Assembly (NCBI GenBank): GCA_964408275.1
Contig: CAYOYX010000006.1
Coordinates: 7,307-71,306 of the forward strand
Origin: an uncultured Terracidiphilus sp.
Lineage (GTDB): Bacteria > Acidobacteriota > Terriglobia > Terriglobales > Acidobacteriaceae
Direction: 5' to 3'
DNA: 64,000 nucleotides
Position numbers and translations under genes: made by a program. Shown here one piece after another: positions 25,834 through 35,725 of this stretch. The notes beneath the pieces are model-generated. The model searched no databases. It was not told where the DNA came from and was given only the letters and a program-made list of their open reading frames with translations. Each line of letters starts with the position of its first letter. The stretch's first letter is position 1.

Positions 25834-27345
25834 GTGACCAAACTTTCCCCACCCGCGCCTCCCACCGTGGGCTTCGTCTCGCTAGGCTGCCCAAAAAACC
25901 TCGTCGACTCCGAGGTGATGATGGGTCTGCTGGACCACGCCGGCGCGCGCCTCACATCTCATCCCGAAGATGCTGAAATTCTCGTCGTCAACACCTGCTC
26001 CTTTATCGACACGGCAAAACAAGAATCTATCGATACCATCCTCGAAATGGCTCGCCACAAAACCTCGGGCCGCGCGCGCAAACTCATCGTCGCCGGCTGC
26101 CTTGTTGAACGCTATCGCGACGAAATTCAGAAGAGCATTCCTGAAGTTGATGCCGTCGTCGGCACTGGAGAACTCGAATCCATTCTCGAAGCTGCGGGAC
26201 TCGCCGCACACGCTGCTGTCTCGCCCTTCAACATCCTCAGCAGTCAATCCGCCGCAACCCGCCCAGGACAGGAATCGCAATCGGGCACACACAAACAGGG
26301 AAGGCCCGAAGGCGATCACCGCGAACAGCAAGGACGATTCCGCCGCGATGCATGGCAAGGCGCGGCGCATCTGCTGCCCACCTATCTCTACGACGAAACC
26401 ACACCGCGCTTTTTGACGACGCCGAAGTCCTCGGCATACATCAAGATTGCCGAGGGCTGCGACCACCCCTGCAGCTTCTGCGTCATCCCCAACCTGCGCG
26501 GAAAATTTCGTTCGCGAAGATATGAATCTGTCGTTGCCGAAGCTCAGCAACTCGTCGCGCGCGGCACGAGCGAAATCACATTGATAGGCCAGGACACCAC
26601 CTGCTACGGCGAAGACCTCGGCCTCAAGGACGGTCTCGCCACACTTCTTGACGCGCTCGCCAAAATCGACGGCCTGCGCTGGCTCCGCTTTCTCTACGCC
26701 TATCCCAATCGCATCACGTCGCGCCTCCTCGACACCATCGCCCTGCACGACAACATCTGCAAGTATCTGGACCTGCCTCTCCAGCACGCTTCGCCTGATG
26801 TTTTGAAGCGCATGAAGCGCGGCGGCAGCGCGGAAATCTTTCTCAAGACTCTGGAAAAAGTTCGCGCCGCTGTTCCCGGCATTGCACTTCGCACATCCTT
26901 CATTGTCGGCTTTCCTGGTGAAACCACCGAAGACAGCGCCATCCTCGAAGAGTTCATCACAGCGGCGAAATTCGATTGGCTGGGCGTCTTTAATTACTCC
27001 GATGAAGAAGGCTCCGGCGCTTTTTCACTCGACGCAAAGATTCCCAAGCGCACCATTGAAGCCCGCAGGCGCAAACTGATGAAGCTCCAGCAATCCATCA
27101 GCAAGCGCGCCAAGCAGCAGTGGGTGGGCCGCGAACTCGTCGTCCTCGCTGAAGGCGAAAGCGAAGAGACGCCGCTGCTATGGGAAGGCCGCACCGAATT
27201 CCATGCGCCGGAGATCGACGGCAAACTCTACATCAACGACTTCGGCGCTCTTGAAAATCTAAAACCCGGCCGATACTACCGCGCCCAGATCACCGATGCT
27301 CATGACTACGACGTTGTGGCGCGAGCAATTTCCGGCCCACTATAA
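25834..27345 (+). CDS. rimO: ribosomal protein S12 methylthiotransferase
   Basis: N-terminal VGFVSLGCPKNLVDSE, radical-SAM CDHPCSFC, C-terminal TRAM-like domain. GTG start. Contains a ~45-aa polar insert. Confidence 0.9.
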   Translation: MTKLSPPAPPTVGFVSLGCPKNLVDSEVMMGLLDHAGARLTSHPEDAEILVVNTCSFIDTAKQESIDTILEMARHKTSGRARKLIVAGCLVERYRDEIQKSIPEVDAVVGTGELESILEAAGLAAHAAVSPFNILSSQSAATRPGQESQSGTHKQGRPEGDHREQQGRFRRDAWQGAAHLLPTYLYDETTPRFLTTPKSSAYIKIAEGCDHPCSFCVIPNLRGKFRSRRYESVVAEAQQLVARGTSEITLIGQDTTCYGEDLGLKDGLATLLDALAKIDGLRWLRFLYAYPNRITSRLLDTIALHDNICKYLDLPLQHASPDVLKRMKRGGSAEIFLKTLEKVRAAVPGIALRTSFIVGFPGETTEDSAILEEFITAAKFDWLGVFNYSDEEGSGAFSLDAKIPKRTIEARRRKLMKLQQSISKRAKQQWVGRELVVLAEGESEETPLLWEGRTEFHAPEIDGKLYINDFGALENLKPGRYYRAQITDAHDYDVVARAISGPL

Positions 27346-27371
27346 ACCGGAATCGAGTTATCATCAAAAGT

Positions 27372-27650
27372 ATGGAGACGATTCACATCCCGGAAGCGGA
27401 AGCCGCCCGTAACTTTGCCGCCGTCATCTCCCACGTCGATGAAGGCTTTGAGGTGGTGATCGAGAGAGATGCGCACCCCATAGCGTTTATTCACCCTCCG
27501 GTCAAGCGTCCAGGACTGTTGCTCTCGGAGATCATCGCCCGAGCAGAAGCGCGCGGATCGACAGTGACACTCGACGGGAACTTCGGCCATGATCTTGAAG
27601 ACGCAATCAACAGCCATAACGAACCGCTGAATCCGCCCGAATGGGATTGA
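27372..27650 (+). CDS. type II antitoxin (Phd/YefM-like)
   Basis: 92 aa. Overlaps the downstream PIN gene by 10 nt. N-terminal antitoxin-like fold pattern (IPEAEAARNFAAVISHVDEG.EVVIERD). Confidence 0.7.
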   Translation: METIHIPEAEAARNFAAVISHVDEGFEVVIERDAHPIAFIHPPVKRPGLLLSEIIARAEARGSTVTLDGNFGHDLEDAINSHNEPLNPPEWD

Positions 27651-28054
27651 TCCTCGATTCCAGCATCGTAATCGCCGCCGAGCGTCGCGGCGATACGCCC
27701 TTACAACTTTTTGCCCAACTTGCGTCTGCCGTTGGATCACAACAATTGGCAATTTCCTCCGTTGCCCTCACCGAGATCGTCCACGCTGTCTATCGCGCGA
27801 TGGAACCTCGAATTCGCATTCGCCGGGAGGCATTCATTCAGGAACTGCTGACCGATTTGGAAGTCGTACCCTACACCAAATCCACGGCATTTCTCGCCGG
27901 CAGAATCGACGGTGAACAGAGATCTGTAGGGGTCACCATTCCGTCTTTGGATCTACTCATCGGCGCTACAGCCCTTGAGGTCGGCTACGCGGTCGTGACC
28001 GCCATTCTACGCCACTTTCAACTCATTCCCGGTCTCGAAGTCATCGCACTTTGA
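27641..28054 (+). CDS. vapC: PIN-domain ribonuclease toxin VapC
   Basis: N-terminal LILDSSIVIAAERRG plus distal acidic residues. 137 aa, paired with the antitoxin. Confidence 0.85.
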   Translation: MGLILDSSIVIAAERRGDTPLQLFAQLASAVGSQQLAISSVALTEIVHAVYRAMEPRIRIRREAFIQELLTDLEVVPYTKSTAFLAGRIDGEQRSVGVTIPSLDLLIGATALEVGYAVVTAILRHFQLIPGLEVIAL

Positions 28055-28080
28055 GCATCAAGGTAACAAGAACAATTTTC

Positions 28081-28308
28081 ATGGCCGCAAAGAAAAAATC
28101 CGCCAAGCTGCTGCGTTGCCCCACTTGCGCAATGCTCGTCAGATTCAACGACGAGGACTTTCCCTTTTGCAGCGACCGCTGCCGCAAGATCGATCTCGGC
28201 AAGTGGGCGATGGGCGTCTACAAGATCAGTTCGCCCGTCCTCGATCCAGAAGTTCTAGAAGACCTGGGCGGCCTGACTGGCCAAAGCAGAGACGACTATG
28301 AAAACTGA
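28081..28308 (+). CDS. yacG: DNA gyrase inhibitor YacG-like zinc-finger protein
   Basis: CPTC..x..FCSDRCRKIDLGKW zinc-ribbon signature. The start is set at ATG 28081. Confidence 0.7.
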   Translation: MAAKKKSAKLLRCPTCAMLVRFNDEDFPFCSDRCRKIDLGKWAMGVYKISSPVLDPEVLEDLGGLTGQSRDDYEN

Positions 28309-28807
28309 GCCATCTATTGCAACTCCCGTCCAAAAAGCCCGCTCCATGCAATGGTGGACCATCGCTACATTCTTCGGCGCCGGCTTCGGCAAGCCCGGCC
28401 CAGGCACATGGGGATCTGTCGCCGCCGTGCTCCTCTGGGCCGCTTACGCCTTTGCTTTCCATCCCACGTCGCAGGCTCTGCTCATTGCCCTGCTCATCGG
28501 CATCGGCCTCACACTGATTCTCGGCATCCCCGCCTCGACCGTCGTTGCCCGCGAATCCGGCAAACACGATCCGCAGTTTGTCGTCGTCGACGAGGTCGCT
28601 GGCCAGTGGATCGCATTGCTCTTCAGTCCCTTCGATCTCCGCCACGCACTCATCGCGCTCATTCTCTTTCGCCTCTTCGACATCACCAAGCCATTTCCCG
28701 TTCGCCATCTGGAACGGCTTCCCGAAGGCTGGGGCATCGTCCTCGATGATGTTGGCGCGGGGTTGTATGCTTTGGGTATAGCGTCTCTGCTACGCATCTG
28801 GATTTAA
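28298..28807 (+). CDS. pgpA: phosphatidylglycerophosphatase A
   Basis: PGPGTWGS and VVDEVAGQW motifs. Membrane profile. Confidence 0.85.
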   Translation: MKTEPSIATPVQKARSMQWWTIATFFGAGFGKPGPGTWGSVAAVLLWAAYAFAFHPTSQALLIALLIGIGLTLILGIPASTVVARESGKHDPQFVVVDEVAGQWIALLFSPFDLRHALIALILFRLFDITKPFPVRHLERLPEGWGIVLDDVGAGLYALGIASLLRIWI

Positions 28808-28810
28808 GCC

Positions 28811-29857
28811 ATGCCCCAGGCCACCCAATCCGCCGCCAAATCCCTCGCATTGCCGCGCATTGACGATCTCGCGCCCGCCGCCGCGCTGCCTGGAGGCGAG
28901 GTCGAACTGACTGGCGCTAATCTCGGCCCATTGGCTTCGGCTCTGCCCACCGTCCTCGTCGCCGGCCATCAAGCTCACATCTTGATGAGCCGCCCCGGCT
29001 CGCTCGCCTTCCGCGTTCCTGACAAAGCCTCCACAGGCATGATCGAAGTCCGCAACTCAGCAGGCTCCAGCAACACCGTGCCGCTGCGTGTAGCTCGCCA
29101 GCTCTCCGAGGGCCTTCATCCCGTCTGCAATCCCGCAGTCAGCGGCTCCGGCATGATCTACGCCACCATCAGCGGCCAGCGCGGCAAACAAACTCCCGTC
29201 TCCATCGTTCGCATCAGCCCCGATGGCCGTGGAACTCCATTTGTCACCGACATCCTCAATGCCACCGGCCTTGCCTTCTCGCCCGACGGCGTTCTCTTCG
29301 TCACCTCGCGCGCCGAGGGCAACGTCTACCGCATCGACGAAGGCGGCGAGCCTTCTCTCTACGTCGAAGGCATGGGCGTCGCCACCGGCGCGGCCTTTGA
29401 CGCCGATGGAACGCTTTTTGTCGGCGACCGCAGCGGCACCATCTTCCGTATCGATTCCAAGCGCCAGATCTTTGTTCATGCGACGCTCGAACCCAGCGCC
29501 GCCGCCTATCACCTCGCCGTCGGTCCGGCTGGAACCCTCTACGTCACCGGCCCCACACTCTCTTCGAATGATGTTGTGTACGCCATTGAACCCAACGGTG
29601 AAGCCCGCGTCTGGTACCGCGGCCTGGGCCGCCCGCAGGGTCTGGCTCTCGACCGCGAGGGCAATGTTTTTCTCGCCGCCTGCCTTCAAGGACGACGCGG
29701 CCTGGTCCGCATCACCCCCAAAGGCGAAGCATCGCTTGCCCTCTCCGGCGCGAACCTCGTCGGCCTGGCCTTCTCACCCCTCGGAACCGTCATCCTCGCC
29801 ACCAATGACGCCGTTTACGATGTGGACCTGGGTGTCGAAGGATTGAATCTGTTTTAG
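28811..29857 (+). CDS. IPT/TIG-like N-domain + SMP-30/gluconolactonase/NHL-type beta-propeller protein
   Basis: N-terminal Ig-like segment (GGEVELTGANLGP...MIEVRN). Then repeated ...G.LFV.D / G.LYVT blades. Confidence 0.6.
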   Translation: MPQATQSAAKSLALPRIDDLAPAAALPGGEVELTGANLGPLASALPTVLVAGHQAHILMSRPGSLAFRVPDKASTGMIEVRNSAGSSNTVPLRVARQLSEGLHPVCNPAVSGSGMIYATISGQRGKQTPVSIVRISPDGRGTPFVTDILNATGLAFSPDGVLFVTSRAEGNVYRIDEGGEPSLYVEGMGVATGAAFDADGTLFVGDRSGTIFRIDSKRQIFVHATLEPSAAAYHLAVGPAGTLYVTGPTLSSNDVVYAIEPNGEARVWYRGLGRPQGLALDREGNVFLAACLQGRRGLVRITPKGEASLALSGANLVGLAFSPLGTVILATNDAVYDVDLGVEGLNLF

Positions 29858-29952
29858 AGTTGAGTATCCGTGGTCCGTACTCACTCTGGCAACGGCACAT
29901 GGGCGCTGAACTAATTTGATGGCGTCTGATATTCTGAGCATGGATAGCTGCA

Positions 29953-30126
29953 ATGCGCTGGTTAATGATTGTCCTTCACATCTCGCTAGTAGCGCTGCTG
30001 ATAGCGGCTGCCGGGATGACGCTCCACGTACTTATCTGGAGATCTCGGAGTCGCTCCAAGATGGCAAAGGGCGCTGATACTACCGTGGACGAGATTGAAG
30101 AGAGCGACCAGGAGACTGAGCTATAA
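29953..30126 (+). CDS. possible small single-TM protein (57 aa), weak call
   Basis: ATG-initiated MRWLMIVLHISLVALLIAAAGMTLHVLIW... with an acidic tail. Below the ORF-track size cutoff. No RBS checked. Confidence 0.2.
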   Translation: MRWLMIVLHISLVALLIAAAGMTLHVLIWRSRSRSKMAKGADTTVDEIEESDQETEL

Positions 30127-30318
30127 GGAAGTCTGATTGAGTCTCGCTTCAGACCGGGCAATCCCCAACCGGATGAAGCCCAAGTTTTTTGTTGTATTTT
30201 TGCACGGATCACACCGTGCTCTTTCAAAACACCGACTTGTGCCGAGGTATCTTAAGAACCATCAGCAAGCCATCGGAATCTTCATTGCAGCCGTCCGTTG
30301 AAAGGACATTGATCTTCC

Positions 30319-31191
30319 ATGAGTAAAGAGAAATCAGCTATCGCCACTGCGGCCGAGACCATCGAAATCTCCATCGCGCACAGCCCCGATTCCGATGACG
30401 CCTTCATGTTCTATGGTCTGGCCACCGGCAAGGTTCGCGTTCCCGGCTATCGCTTCACGCACACGCTGTGCGACATCCAAACACTGAACCTGCGCGCGCG
30501 CGACGAAGCCTTCTTCGACGTAACGGCAATCAGCTTTCATGCTTATCCTTCGCTGCAACATAATTACACGCTGATGGGCTGCGGCGGCAGCGTGGGCGAG
30601 GGCTACGGGCCTATGATCGTCTCCGTCAAGCCGCTTGCACTGGAGGATCTGAGCCGCGTCAAGATCGCAGTTCCCGGCACGCTGACCACCGCTTACCTGG
30701 CGCTAAAGATCTTCAATCCGGAGATTCAGGCCGAAGTCGTGCCCTTCGATGAGATTATTCCAGCGATTCTGGCGGGGAAATTTGAAGCCGGGTTGATTAT
30801 CCACGAGGGGCAGCTTACCTACACCGCCAGCGGCCTCTACAAGATTCTCGACCTGGGCGCATGGTGGCGGGAGACGACCGGCATGGTGCTGCCGCTGGGC
30901 GGGAACGCGATTCGCCGCTCACTAGGCGCGGCGGCGCACAAGATCATCTCCAAGGCGCTGCGCGACAGCATTCAGCACGGCCTGGACCACCGCGAACAGG
31001 CTCTGGAATATGCGATGCAATTTGCGCGCGACCTGGATACACGGATGGCCAGCCGCTTTGTCAGTATGTATGTGAACGAGCGCACGCTCGACTACGGCGC
31101 CGACGGACGCGAGGCCATTCGCAAACTGCTGGAGATGGGCCACCAACGCGGCATCATCGAGATTGAGCCGAAGGTGGATTTTGTGGATTGA
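30319..31191 (+). CDS. MqnA/MqnD/SBP-family protein (futalosine-pathway-type periplasmic-binding fold)
   Basis: IAHSPDSDDAFMFYGL N-terminal motif and overall COG2107-like layout. Confidence 0.7.
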   Translation: MSKEKSAIATAAETIEISIAHSPDSDDAFMFYGLATGKVRVPGYRFTHTLCDIQTLNLRARDEAFFDVTAISFHAYPSLQHNYTLMGCGGSVGEGYGPMIVSVKPLALEDLSRVKIAVPGTLTTAYLALKIFNPEIQAEVVPFDEIIPAILAGKFEAGLIIHEGQLTYTASGLYKILDLGAWWRETTGMVLPLGGNAIRRSLGAAAHKIISKALRDSIQHGLDHREQALEYAMQFARDLDTRMASRFVSMYVNERTLDYGADGREAIRKLLEMGHQRGIIEIEPKVDFVD

Positions 31192-31221
31192 AGCAGCGGC
31201 AAGATCGCATACACTGTTTCC

Positions 31222-31947
31222 ATGCTGACGCACACACAACGCGCTCTCGTCCTCAGCCACGTTGCCTTTGAAGACCTCGGCACGCTGGAAGCGCCGCTTC
31301 TGGAGCGGGGATTTGAGATTGAAAGCGTCTTGGCAGCTACAGCGCGTTTCCCCTTGCCGCTGGCTGCGTCCTGTGATCTTCTCATCGTGCTTGGCGGTCC
31401 GATCGGGGTTTACGACCAACAGGATTATCCATTTTTGAAGGACGAGATCGCCTGCATACGGGAGCGATTAGCTGCGCGAAAGCCGATTCTGGGAATATGT
31501 CTCGGTGCGCAACTGATGGCCGCGGCGATGGACGCACGGGTTTATCCCGGAACACATGGCGCGGAGATCGGCTGGTTTCCACTTGATGCCGCATCGAGTG
31601 AGAAGCCGCCTGCATGGTTTGTTCCACTGCTTGCCGACGGCCTTAGTGTCTTTCATTGGCACGGCGACACCTTCGATCTTCCGCAAGGCGCGGTTCATCT
31701 GGCCAGATCGAAGCGCTACGAGCATCAGGCATTCGCCGTCGGCAATTTCGCGCTGGGATTGCAATTTCATCCCGAGGTTACGGCTGCCGGTTTGGAGAGC
31801 TGGTACGTTGGCCATGCCAGTGAACTGCACCACGCGGGCATCAATGCTGCGAGTCTGCGCGAAGAAGCCAACGAACGCGGCGCCGCGTTGGAAGCGGCTG
31901 CTATGAGCTTCTGGAAGTTGTGGCTTGATGCGATTTTTCCTGCATGA
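31222..31947 (+). CDS. class I glutamine amidotransferase
   Basis: Nucleophile elbow ICLGAQL and LQFHPE (His/Glu) motif. Confidence 0.8.
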   Translation: MLTHTQRALVLSHVAFEDLGTLEAPLLERGFEIESVLAATARFPLPLAASCDLLIVLGGPIGVYDQQDYPFLKDEIACIRERLAARKPILGICLGAQLMAAAMDARVYPGTHGAEIGWFPLDAASSEKPPAWFVPLLADGLSVFHWHGDTFDLPQGAVHLARSKRYEHQAFAVGNFALGLQFHPEVTAAGLESWYVGHASELHHAGINAASLREEANERGAALEAAAMSFWKLWLDAIFPA

Positions 31948-32049
31948 TTTCCACCGCCGGTGACCTTCAGTACCCAACTCATCGCTCTAAAGTCATTGCA
32001 CACAGACAATAATCTCTCTCACGCTCTAAATTATTTCTAACTACAGCCG

Positions 32050-33066
32050 ATGCATCCGTTAGAGAGGATTAACAGGATGCTAGCCCACTCCACTTCGGTC
32101 TACCTACTTGCATCTGCTGAGCCTGCGCTGTTGGCCGTGATTGAACCCGTGCTGGCCGCCGAAGGAGCGCGCGTGGATATCTATCTCTCCGCCGAAGCTG
32201 CTCTTCCCGCCTTGACCGCAGTCCATGCTCCGACTCTGGCATTGATCGATGTAAATCTGCCGGGGATGGAAATCGGGCAGTTGCTGGCGGCGGCGCGCGG
32301 AGAGACTGCGGGCAGGCCGTACCCGATTGTCCTGTTTTCGGACACTGTAACCCAGGAGTGGATCGACCGGCTGGCCGAGGGAGTCGTCGACGATTTGTTG
32401 CCGCGTTCGACCGAGCCGGCCTTTGTGCGGCTACGAGTGGAGGCTGTGCTGCGCGAACATCGGCGGATGCGCGAGCTGGAGATGCTGCGTGAGGCAGCGA
32501 CGCTGAATGCGCAGACTGACCGGCTGACCGGCGTTTACAACCGCGAAACGATGCTCTCAATGATCTTTCGCGAGACCGATCGCGTACAGCGGATGAACAG
32601 CTCGTTGTGCATGATTCTCTTTGACATCGACGACTTCGGCCATTGGAACTCGCGGCTGGGCACGGACGCCTGCGACGATCTGCTCTGCCAGGTTGTGACG
32701 CGCACGGCTCGTCTATTGCGCAGCTACGATATTTTAGGCCGCCCCGGCATGGACGAGTTCCTGATTGCGCTACCCGGCTGTTCGAGCGTCAACGCGGTGA
32801 TGCTGGCTGAGCGGCTGCGTGTGGATGTCTTCTGCGCGCCCTTCCATGTGAACAACGACGCCGTGCGCTTATCGGCCTGCTTCGGCATCACCACCAGTAT
32901 GGGCCGCTCGCCGGTGGTGGTTCTGCGCGAAGCGGAACAAGCTCTGCTGGCGGCCAAATCCACCGGCCCTGAATCGATTCACTGTACAGGCGACTGCCCT
33001 GAGCCTTGCGCCCCGCCGGTGGCCTTCCTTTCGACAGCGTCTGGGGATGAACTGCTGGCGTGGTAG
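32050..33066 (+). CDS. receiver-like domain + GGDEF-family domain protein with non-canonical GMDEF site
   Basis: REC-like N-terminus (LIDVNLPGM). GGDEF-domain blocks (DRLTGVYNR, ILFDIDDFG.WN). The active-site position reads RPGMDEF (32746..32760). Confidence 0.8.
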   Translation: MHPLERINRMLAHSTSVYLLASAEPALLAVIEPVLAAEGARVDIYLSAEAALPALTAVHAPTLALIDVNLPGMEIGQLLAAARGETAGRPYPIVLFSDTVTQEWIDRLAEGVVDDLLPRSTEPAFVRLRVEAVLREHRRMRELEMLREAATLNAQTDRLTGVYNRETMLSMIFRETDRVQRMNSSLCMILFDIDDFGHWNSRLGTDACDDLLCQVVTRTARLLRSYDILGRPGMDEFLIALPGCSSVNAVMLAERLRVDVFCAPFHVNNDAVRLSACFGITTSMGRSPVVVLREAEQALLAAKSTGPESIHCTGDCPEPCAPPVAFLSTASGDELLAW

Positions 33067-33093
33067 GGAGCGGATCGCCGCTGAAAAATGGTT

Positions 33094-34143
33094 TTAGCTG
33101 CTCTGCCGCTCCATCGCTTTGAGCGAGTCGGCAAAGGGCGCGCGCAGCAGGCCGCGTTCAGTGATAATGGCGCCGATATACTTCGCCGGGGTTACGTCGA
33201 AGGCCGGGTTGCGAATGCCGACGCCGTTGGGCGTGAGCTGCCGGCCGCCGTGGTGAGTGACTTCAACTGCGGGCCGCTCCTCGATGGGGATGGAGTCGCC
33301 GGTAGGCGTGGCCATGTCGATGGTGGACCAGGGCGCTGCGACATAGAACGGAATGCCGTGCTCTTTGGCGAGGATGGCGACGTTGTAGGTGCCGATCTTG
33401 TTGGCGGCATCGCCGTTGGCCGCAATGCGATCCGCACCGACGACCACGGCCTGAATCTTTCCGGCGCGCATCAGGCTGGCGGCCATGTTGTCGCAGATGA
33501 CAGTGGTGGGAATGTGATCGGCCAACAGTTCCCATGCGGTAAGGCGCGCGCCTTGCAGGAAGGGCCGGGTTTCGTCTGCGAAAACGTGAATCCGCTTGCC
33601 CTGTTCGACAGCCGAGCGGATAACGCCGAGAGCGGTTCCGTAGCCGCAGGTGGCCAACGCGCCGGCGTTGCAGTGAGTCAGTACGCCGCCTTCATCGGGC
33701 AATAGCGCGCCGCCAAATGCGCCCATCGTCTTGCAGGCGCGGATGTCTTCCTCGTACATTTTGTGGGCTTCGGCGAGGAGCTTTTCCTGGATTTCTGCGA
33801 GAGTTGCGCCCGCCGAGAGCTGTGCGGCGAAGAGCTCCTTCATGCGGTCGATGGCCCAGAATAAATTCACTGCAGTCGGGCGAGTTCCGGCGAGGCGAGC
33901 GCAGATTCGTTCGAACTCCGGCGCAAATTCCTGGGGAGTTTTGGCAGTGGTGCGCAGTGCGCCGAGAGCGACGCCGTAGGCCGCCGAGACGCCTATGGCC
34001 GGCGCGCCGCGAACGACCATAGTGACGATGACATCGGCAACCTGCTCGTAAGTTGTGGCAAGCACATAGCTCTCCTCCAGGGGGAGCCGGGTCTGATCGA
34101 TAAAGCGAACGCCTTCCGGCGTCCATGCAAGTGTGGGAATCAT
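33094..34143 (-). CDS. mtnA: S-methyl-5-thioribose-1-phosphate isomerase
   Basis: eIF-2B alpha/beta/delta-like MtnA sequence (FIDQTRLP...VRGAPAIG...[12 protein letters not shown]). The start is set at ATG 34143. Confidence 0.9.
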   Translation of the reverse strand: MIPTLAWTPEGVRFIDQTRLPLEESYVLATTYEQVADVIVTMVVRGAPAIGVSAAYGVALGALRTTAKTPQEFAPEFERICARLAGTRPTAVNLFWAIDRMKELFAAQLSAGATLAEIQEKLLAEAHKMYEEDIRACKTMGAFGGALLPDEGGVLTHCNAGALATCGYGTALGVIRSAVEQGKRIHVFADETRPFLQGARLTAWELLADHIPTTVICDNMAASLMRAGKIQAVVVGADRIAANGDAANKIGTYNVAILAKEHGIPFYVAAPWSTIDMATPTGDSIPIEERPAVEVTHHGGRQLTPNGVGIRNPAFDVTPAKYIGAIITERGLLRAPFADSLKAMERQSS

Positions 34144-34399
34144 GGAATTCCAGTGTAAATGGAGAGGCAGGGACCAGGGACTAGGGGCTGGGGAATAGTT
34201 GTTCGTTGCTGGATTGAGAGCCATTTTTTCGTTAGCACTGGACTTGCCTTGCCCCTAATGCATTAGAGTTATCTGGATAGAATTCAGCGCGGTTTTGATA
34301 TTGCCTGCGTGCCGGTCGAGGGCTTAATGCTTCGGCTGATTCCAGCAGGCGATTGGCGCGCGTAGCAGAGACGGATTGATGAGAGCGGAGAAAATATTC

Positions 34400-35650
34400 A
34401 TGGCAAAGCAAAACCCAGCACCGGCGGCCACAGGCGCGCCCAACTATCTTGTGCCGTTCATCATTGTTACGGCACTGTTCGGCATCTTCGGATTCCTCAC
34501 CAGTCTCAACAACCAATTGGTAGGCAAGCTGAAAGAGATCTTCGATCTACCCTACGGGCCGTCGATGCTGGCGACATCGGCCTGGTTCTTTGCTTACCTG
34601 ATCTTTTCGGTTCCCAGCGGCAAGCTGATCGAGAAGGTGGGCTATAAGTACACGATGGTGATCTCACTGTTCATCATGGTGGCGGGCGCGCTGTTGTTTG
34701 TTCCGGCAGCGAATCTGGTGAGCTTTCCTCTGACGCTGACAGCGATTTTCGTTTTGGCCACAGGCGTCTGCGCTTTGCAGACCTCGGCCAACCCTTATGT
34801 TGCGATTCTTGGTCCCGAGCATAGCGCATCGGCGCGGCTGAACCTGGCGCAGGCCTTTAACTCAGGTGCTTCAGCCGCCGCTGGATGGTTTGCCGCCCGC
34901 TTCATTCTGGCCGATACCAGCAAAATCTCCGATGCCGTCGGCGAAGCGCATATGCTTGAGATGCCATACGTCTATATCGCAGCCGGGTTGCTTGTACTAG
35001 GCATTACGGTGAGGTTCCTGCATCTGCCGGCGATTGCCTCCTCACGGCCAGCCGATGACTCGCCGCTGCCGGGTCGCAGCATTTGGAGTTTTCCGCACAC
35101 GGTACTTGGCATGGTTGGAATTTTCTTCTATGTGGGCGTAGAAATCGCCTTGGCCGCAATCGCCATTCAGTACTTCAAGCAGCAAGGCATCAGCAACCTG
35201 CAAACAGCCGGAATCCTGGTTACGGCCTATTACCTGTTCATCATGGCGGGACGCTTCCTGGGCAGCTTCCTGATGAAGTGGATCAAAGCGGAAAAGATGC
35301 TGGTATTCCTGGGCATTCTGGGCGTTGCATTGATGCTGATCTCGATGTTCACTACGGGTCAAGTCGCCATCTGGAGCCTGGTGCTCTGCGGACTGGCCAA
35401 CTCCATTATGTATCCGACCATCTTCGCTCTGGGCATCGCCGAACTGGGACCGATGACCAGCAAGGGATCGGGTGTCATTACGATTGGCAATGTGGGCGGA
35501 GCAGTGATTCCGCCGCTGATGGGCTTTTTAGCTGACAAGATCGGAATTCAGTATGCGTTTATTCTGCCGATCATCTGCTACATCTACGTGGCCTACTACG
35601 GCCTGTCGGGCTACAAGCCCACGCGGGCTGTCGCCGCTCTAGCAAAATAA
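34400..35650 (+). CDS. sugar MFS transporter (FucP/GluP-like)
   Basis: 12-TM profile. FucP/GluP-like N-terminus (FGIFGFLTSLNNQLV.KLKEIF). The start is set at ATG 34400. Confidence 0.85.
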   Translation: MAKQNPAPAATGAPNYLVPFIIVTALFGIFGFLTSLNNQLVGKLKEIFDLPYGPSMLATSAWFFAYLIFSVPSGKLIEKVGYKYTMVISLFIMVAGALLFVPAANLVSFPLTLTAIFVLATGVCALQTSANPYVAILGPEHSASARLNLAQAFNSGASAAAGWFAARFILADTSKISDAVGEAHMLEMPYVYIAAGLLVLGITVRFLHLPAIASSRPADDSPLPGRSIWSFPHTVLGMVGIFFYVGVEIALAAIAIQYFKQQGISNLQTAGILVTAYYLFIMAGRFLGSFLMKWIKAEKMLVFLGILGVALMLISMFTTGQVAIWSLVLCGLANSIMYPTIFALGIAELGPMTSKGSGVITIGNVGGAVIPPLMGFLADKIGIQYAFILPIICYIYVAYYGLSGYKPTRAVAALAK

Positions 35651-35725
35651 CGCGGGCGAAAAAAGAAATAAGGCAGGAGCTTCGGCTGCGCAACGCGGTC
35701 GGAGCTTTTGCTTTTTTGTCATTTT

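Noticed and set aside
24249-26787. Long ORFs 24249..25157 (+) and 25882..26787 (-)
   Set aside because: They are antisense to folE/PTPS genes and to rimO respectively, all of which carry diagnostic motifs.
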